Shown: one piece after another, positions 60,855-64,000 of the stretch
Layout: each line of letters opens with the position of its first letter
Position numbering within the stretch: position 1 is the first letter of the stretch
Source of the DNA: an uncultured Prevotella sp.
GTDB lineage: Bacteria; Bacteroidota; Bacteroidia; Bacteroidales; Bacteroidaceae
DNA: 64,000 nt
Assembly (NCBI GenBank): GCA_964602785.1
Contig: CAZRSL010000006.1
Coordinates: 240 to 64,239, forward strand
Direction: 5' to 3'
Notes under the pieces: model-generated
Databases searched by the model: none
What the model saw: the letters and a program-made list of their open reading frames with translations, nothing else
Told to the model about the DNA's origin: nothing
Made by a program: the position numbers and the translations under genes

Positions 60855-61202
60855 CTATTTTATATCATTGAGATACAGCTCCACTTGTTTTTTCAGAGCA
60901 GGAATGTCATCCACAGCTGTTTGCCAAAGTCTTTTTTGACTCACCGTGGCATAGCCATGTATCAGCACATGACGCATGCCAATGATTTGCTGCCAAGGCA
61001 ATTCTGGATGTTAAGCTATAAACTCTTTTGTTAGCATATAAGTGGCCTCGCCTACAACTTCTATGTTTTTCATTACAGCAAAATAACGTATTTTGTCTTT
61101 TGCAAAATCCTCATACGTGATTTCATCTGTCATTTCCTCAACATTGGAAGCGTATTTCACTATATGTCTCTGTCTTCCCTCGTCTCTAATTGGCTCTCTC
61201 AT
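60855..61202 (-). pseudogene. HepT/DUF86 HEPN ribonuclease toxin with in-frame TAA
   Basis: The frame continues past TAA (61011-61013) as HPELPWQQIIGMRHVLIHGY...DIK*, containing the RxxxxH motif; 116 codons in total. Confidence 0.85.
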
Positions 61203-61485
61203 AAATCAACTTTTTATCTTTTTCAGCTGTTTCGGCTGCATAATCCTCCAAAGTGCCGTCTTCTATAAGGTCAATTTCTTTCCCAAGCAATTGCCTCAAG
61301 TCTATATACATTCCGCCCATCGTAAGGAGCGACACTTTTGAGGTTGGGCTGAAAGACACAAGCAGGTCTATGTCGCTGTCTTTTTTTTCTTCTCCACGGG
61401 CGTAAGAGCCAAACAGCCAAACCTTGTCAACAGGTTGTCTGGAGAAATAGTTTTGAAGCGATTTTAATGTCTTGTCAGTCAGCAT
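61186..61485 (-). CDS. MNT (minimal nucleotidyltransferase) antitoxin
   Basis: LFGSYARGEE...SDIDLLV...IDL. Confidence 0.92.
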   Translation of the reverse strand: MLTDKTLKSLQNYFSRQPVDKVWLFGSYARGEEKKDSDIDLLVSFSPTSKVSLLTMGGMYIDLRQLLGKEIDLIEDGTLEDYAAETAEKDKKLIYERAN

Positions 61486-61676
61486 TTCTTATCTCCTTTC
61501 AGTTTTACATTGCAAAGTTTTATTTCAAATAATCTTTTATAGGAATGATTTTTTTGAGAAATCAATTTTCAAAAAGATTCATCCACTTTAGCTTTAATGC
61601 TGTTGTTAATCAAAAATCATCCGCTTTTCTTGCACTGTAAGCTATTTTTCCTTAACTTTGCAGTCCAATTAGATGG

Positions 61677-61748
61677 GCTCTGATAGTTCAATGGATAGAA
61701 CGGAGGTTTCCTAAACCTTTGATCCGGGTTCGATTCCCGGTCGGAGTA
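61677..61748 (+). tRNA. tRNA-Arg(CCT)
   Basis: Acceptor stem GCTCTGA/TCGGAGT, anticodon loop TTCCTAA, T-arm CCGGG-TTCGATT-CCCGG; TAACTTTG promoter element at 61653; no encoded CCA. Confidence 0.93.
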
Positions 61749-61775
61749 CTAACCCGAACATACACAGCATATACC

Positions 61776-62564
61776 ATGATAGGAGCGATAATAGGCGACA
61801 TAGTCGGCTCAAGGTTTGAGTTTGGCGACGAGCCAAAGCCAGACTTCGAGTTGTTCACCAGTGAATGCTCTTTCACCGACGACACAATATGCACCATAGC
61901 CGTCGCCGACGCTATTCTGAACCACAAACCTTACAAAGACGCACTGCTTGAGTGGTGCCGCCGCTACCCCGACCCGATGGGCGGCTACGGCACGGGGTTC
62001 TACCATTGGATCAACAGCCCCGACCCGCAACCCTACAACAGCTGCGGCAATGGGTCGGCCATGCGCGTCAGCCCTGTGGGATGGCTTTTCAATGAGTATG
62101 AGGAGGTAGTCAGCGAGGCCAAGAAGAGCGCCGAATGCACCCACAACCACCCCGAAGGCATAAAGGGTGCGCAGTGCGTGGCCGAGGTGATAATGTGGGG
62201 CCGCCACATGAGGGTGGCCAAGGAGAATCTGGAAAAGAAAGTAAAGCGGTTCTACGGCTATGAGATTCCGTCGCTCCACGATGTCTATAAGATAGGCAGC
62301 GAGAAGCATTTCGACGCCACATGCCAAGAGACTGTGCCCATGGCGCTGCGCTGCCTGATAGAGAGCATCGACTTTGAGGATGCTCTGCGGCTGGCTGTCA
62401 TGGCCGACGGCGACACCGACACCAAGGCCGACATAACCGGAGCCATGGCTGAGGCCTACTACGAGATACCGCAAAACATCATCGACCGCGCCATCACTTA
62501 TCTGCCCAAGGACATGAAGCGCATTCTTGTGCAGTTTCTCGACGTGATAAGCAAGGAAATATAA
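61776..62564 (+). CDS. ADP-ribosylglycohydrolase family protein
   Basis: MIGAIIGDIVGS, FTDDT, GNGSAMR, THNHPEG, GDTDT. Confidence 0.93.
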   Translation: MIGAIIGDIVGSRFEFGDEPKPDFELFTSECSFTDDTICTIAVADAILNHKPYKDALLEWCRRYPDPMGGYGTGFYHWINSPDPQPYNSCGNGSAMRVSPVGWLFNEYEEVVSEAKKSAECTHNHPEGIKGAQCVAEVIMWGRHMRVAKENLEKKVKRFYGYEIPSLHDVYKIGSEKHFDATCQETVPMALRCLIESIDFEDALRLAVMADGDTDTKADITGAMAEAYYEIPQNIIDRAITYLPKDMKRILVQFLDVISKEI

Positions 62565-62591
62565 TCATCAAATCATCCAAATTATAGTGAA

Positions 62592-62627
62592 AGGGAGCCT
62601 CTTCAGCAGTGTTGGAGAGGCTCTTTT
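62592..62627 (+). terminator. Terminator after the ADP-ribosylglycohydrolase gene
   Basis: GAGCCTCTTCAGC...GTTGGAGAGGCTC followed by TTTT. Confidence 0.7.
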
Positions 62628-62635
62628 GTATTTTC

Positions 62636-62714
62636 CATCAGTTGATAAGCACGTGCTTATCAATTGATGGTAATGTGATTATCAAATGATAATAACGTGA
62701 TTATCAGATGATGG
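62636..62714. repeat. Degenerate 22-bp tandem repeat (ATCAATTGAT/CACGTG family)
   Basis: ATCArwTGAT at 62637, 62659, 62681 and 62703. Confidence 0.8.
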
Positions 62715-62858
62715 GAGACAACGAAAGAGGCATAATCTGTATTGATTAAAACAGCCGGAATGCCACGATAAAAGTATATTGAATGAACAAAAACGCCACA
62801 TGAGTGTCACAAAACCATTATCTTTGCGTACTGAAAACGAAAAGAAGAAACCACGGGA

Positions 62859-63329
62859 ATGACCGACATGGAGTTTCAGCGCGAGGCTGAAAGCCTTTTG
62901 CCCCAATTGCGCAAATTGGCGGTGGGGTATATGGGCAGCGGCGACGAGGCCGACGACGTAGTGCAAGACGTGCTCGTCGGCCTGTGGCAGATTCGTGCTG
63001 AGCTGCGGGTTCCGATGGATTCGCTTGCGCGGGTGGCGCTGCGCAACAGTTGCGTGTCGGCTCTGCGCCGCCGCAAGCCAACCGTCAGGGTGGGGGAGAT
63101 GAGCGCTCCCGACGAAGAGAGCAGCGACTATCTGGTCGACATGATGATGGAATTGATCAATCAACTGCCGCCGATGCAGCAACTTGTGGTACGTCTGCGC
63201 CACCTGAGCGGAATGAGCATGGAGGAAATAGCCGCCACAGTGGGCAAGAGCGAGGAGGCGGTGCGCCAGTTGCTCAGCCGCGGCCGCCGCCAGTTGCGCC
63301 AGCTGATGATGGAGAAAATGAAAGAATGA
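62859..63329 (+). CDS. ECF RNA polymerase sigma factor
   Basis: ADDVVQDVLVGLW (region 2); LPPMQQ...MEEIAATVGKSEEAVRQLLSRGR (region 4). Confidence 0.9.
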   Translation: MTDMEFQREAESLLPQLRKLAVGYMGSGDEADDVVQDVLVGLWQIRAELRVPMDSLARVALRNSCVSALRRRKPTVRVGEMSAPDEESSDYLVDMMMELINQLPPMQQLVVRLRHLSGMSMEEIAATVGKSEEAVRQLLSRGRRQLRQLMMEKMKE

Positions 63330-63751
63330 TGGATATGGACAAACAGAAAATAAAACAGCTCGTGGGAAAATTCATGGACGGGCGAACATCGATAGATGAA
63401 GAAAAGCGGCTCTACGAATATTTCTCTTCGGCTCCAACCGATGATGAAGTGGCTGATTTGAAACCTTACTTCGTGGCTCTCGGAGGCATGAGCGGGGCCG
63501 AAGACGAATTGCGCCGGCCACGTCGCATGGTGTGGAGTAGGGTAGTGGCCGTTGCCGCGTCGGTGGCCGTTGCCGTGGTCATTGCCATTGGCATCAACCG
63601 CAGCCACAACTATTGCGAAGCCTATGTCTATGGACAGCGCACCACCGACAAGACCGAGGTGATGGCCGACGTTGCCACGACGCTCAGCCATATCGATGGC
63701 GACCCCGAGACGCAGGTGGACAACCAGTTGAAAGACTTGTTTGGCAAATAA
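63326..63751 (+). CDS. Putative single-TM anti-sigma factor
   Basis: ATGA overlap with the sigma gene; KFMDGRTSIDEEKRLYEYF followed by a VAVAASVAV TM helix. Confidence 0.7.
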   Translation: MMDMDKQKIKQLVGKFMDGRTSIDEEKRLYEYFSSAPTDDEVADLKPYFVALGGMSGAEDELRRPRRMVWSRVVAVAASVAVAVVIAIGINRSHNYCEAYVYGQRTTDKTEVMADVATTLSHIDGDPETQVDNQLKDLFGK

Positions 63752-63768
63752 AAAAGTATCAGATAAAT

Positions 63769-64000
63769 ATGAAAAGGGTATTATTATTTATGCTTTACGC
63801 CATTCTGCCACTTCTCTCGTGGGCTCAGACAGGGCTACACACCGACGAAGTGTTCAGCGGAAAGGTGGTCAACCGCGACCGCATGGTGGAGGTCAGGGTG
63901 CGAGGCCGAACCCTCAGCCGCTACAAACTGAGCTACTACCACAGCGTGCGCTTCAAGGCCACGGCGGCGGAACTGGCCACGGTGAAAGAGCTTTTCGCCC
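63769..64000 (+). CDS. Secreted hypothetical protein (DUF6108-like), partial
   Basis: MKRVLLFMLYAILPLLSWAQTGLH...VRGRTLSRYKLSYYHSVRF; open to the window end. Confidence 0.65.
   Translation, partial: MKRVLLFMLYAILPLLSWAQTGLHTDEVFSGKVVNRDRMVEVRVRGRTLSRYKLSYYHSVRFKATAAELATVKELFA

Noticed and set aside
61011-61013. Stop-codon recoding as an explanation for the HEPN TAA
   Set aside because: TAA terminates many genes normally in this window.
60855-62564. Integrated element at tRNA-Arg
   Set aside because: No integrase and no duplicated tRNA 3' end found in the window.

Overview
Chromosomal window from a Bacteroidota organism, most likely Prevotella-like (TAnnTTTG promoters, T9SS cargo, porZ, UpxY). 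It probably spans the replication origin: a DnaA-box cluster with trio-like repeats at ~52.8-53.2 kb upstream of nadA, and two parS sites next to mnmG. Housekeeping genes include leuS, mnmG, apt, uvrC, dtd, deoC, polA, cysS, uxuAB, nadA and tRNA-Arg(CCT). Accessory parts are: an UpxY/NusG-paralog-led operon of LysM/TPR/LRR/Sel1/lipoprotein envelope genes (1-9.3 kb); two T9SS cargo proteins; a porZ-linked GT2/GT-C-like cluster; a cotH-like gene between 447-bp direct repeats; an orphan FtsZ paralog with a divergent ATPase; and an MNT-HEPN pair whose toxin has a nonsense codon. The main finding is that the long 5' leaders of two unrelated loci, upxY (9252-9740) and cotH (41217-41630), are homologous structured RNAs. 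They share two covarying hairpins, a compensatory 7-nt loop-loop pairing, and mutually exclusive terminator/antiterminator helices. This suggests a shared attenuator, possibly read by the UpxY-like antiterminator. All alignments and pairings were done by eye and no database searches were possible.
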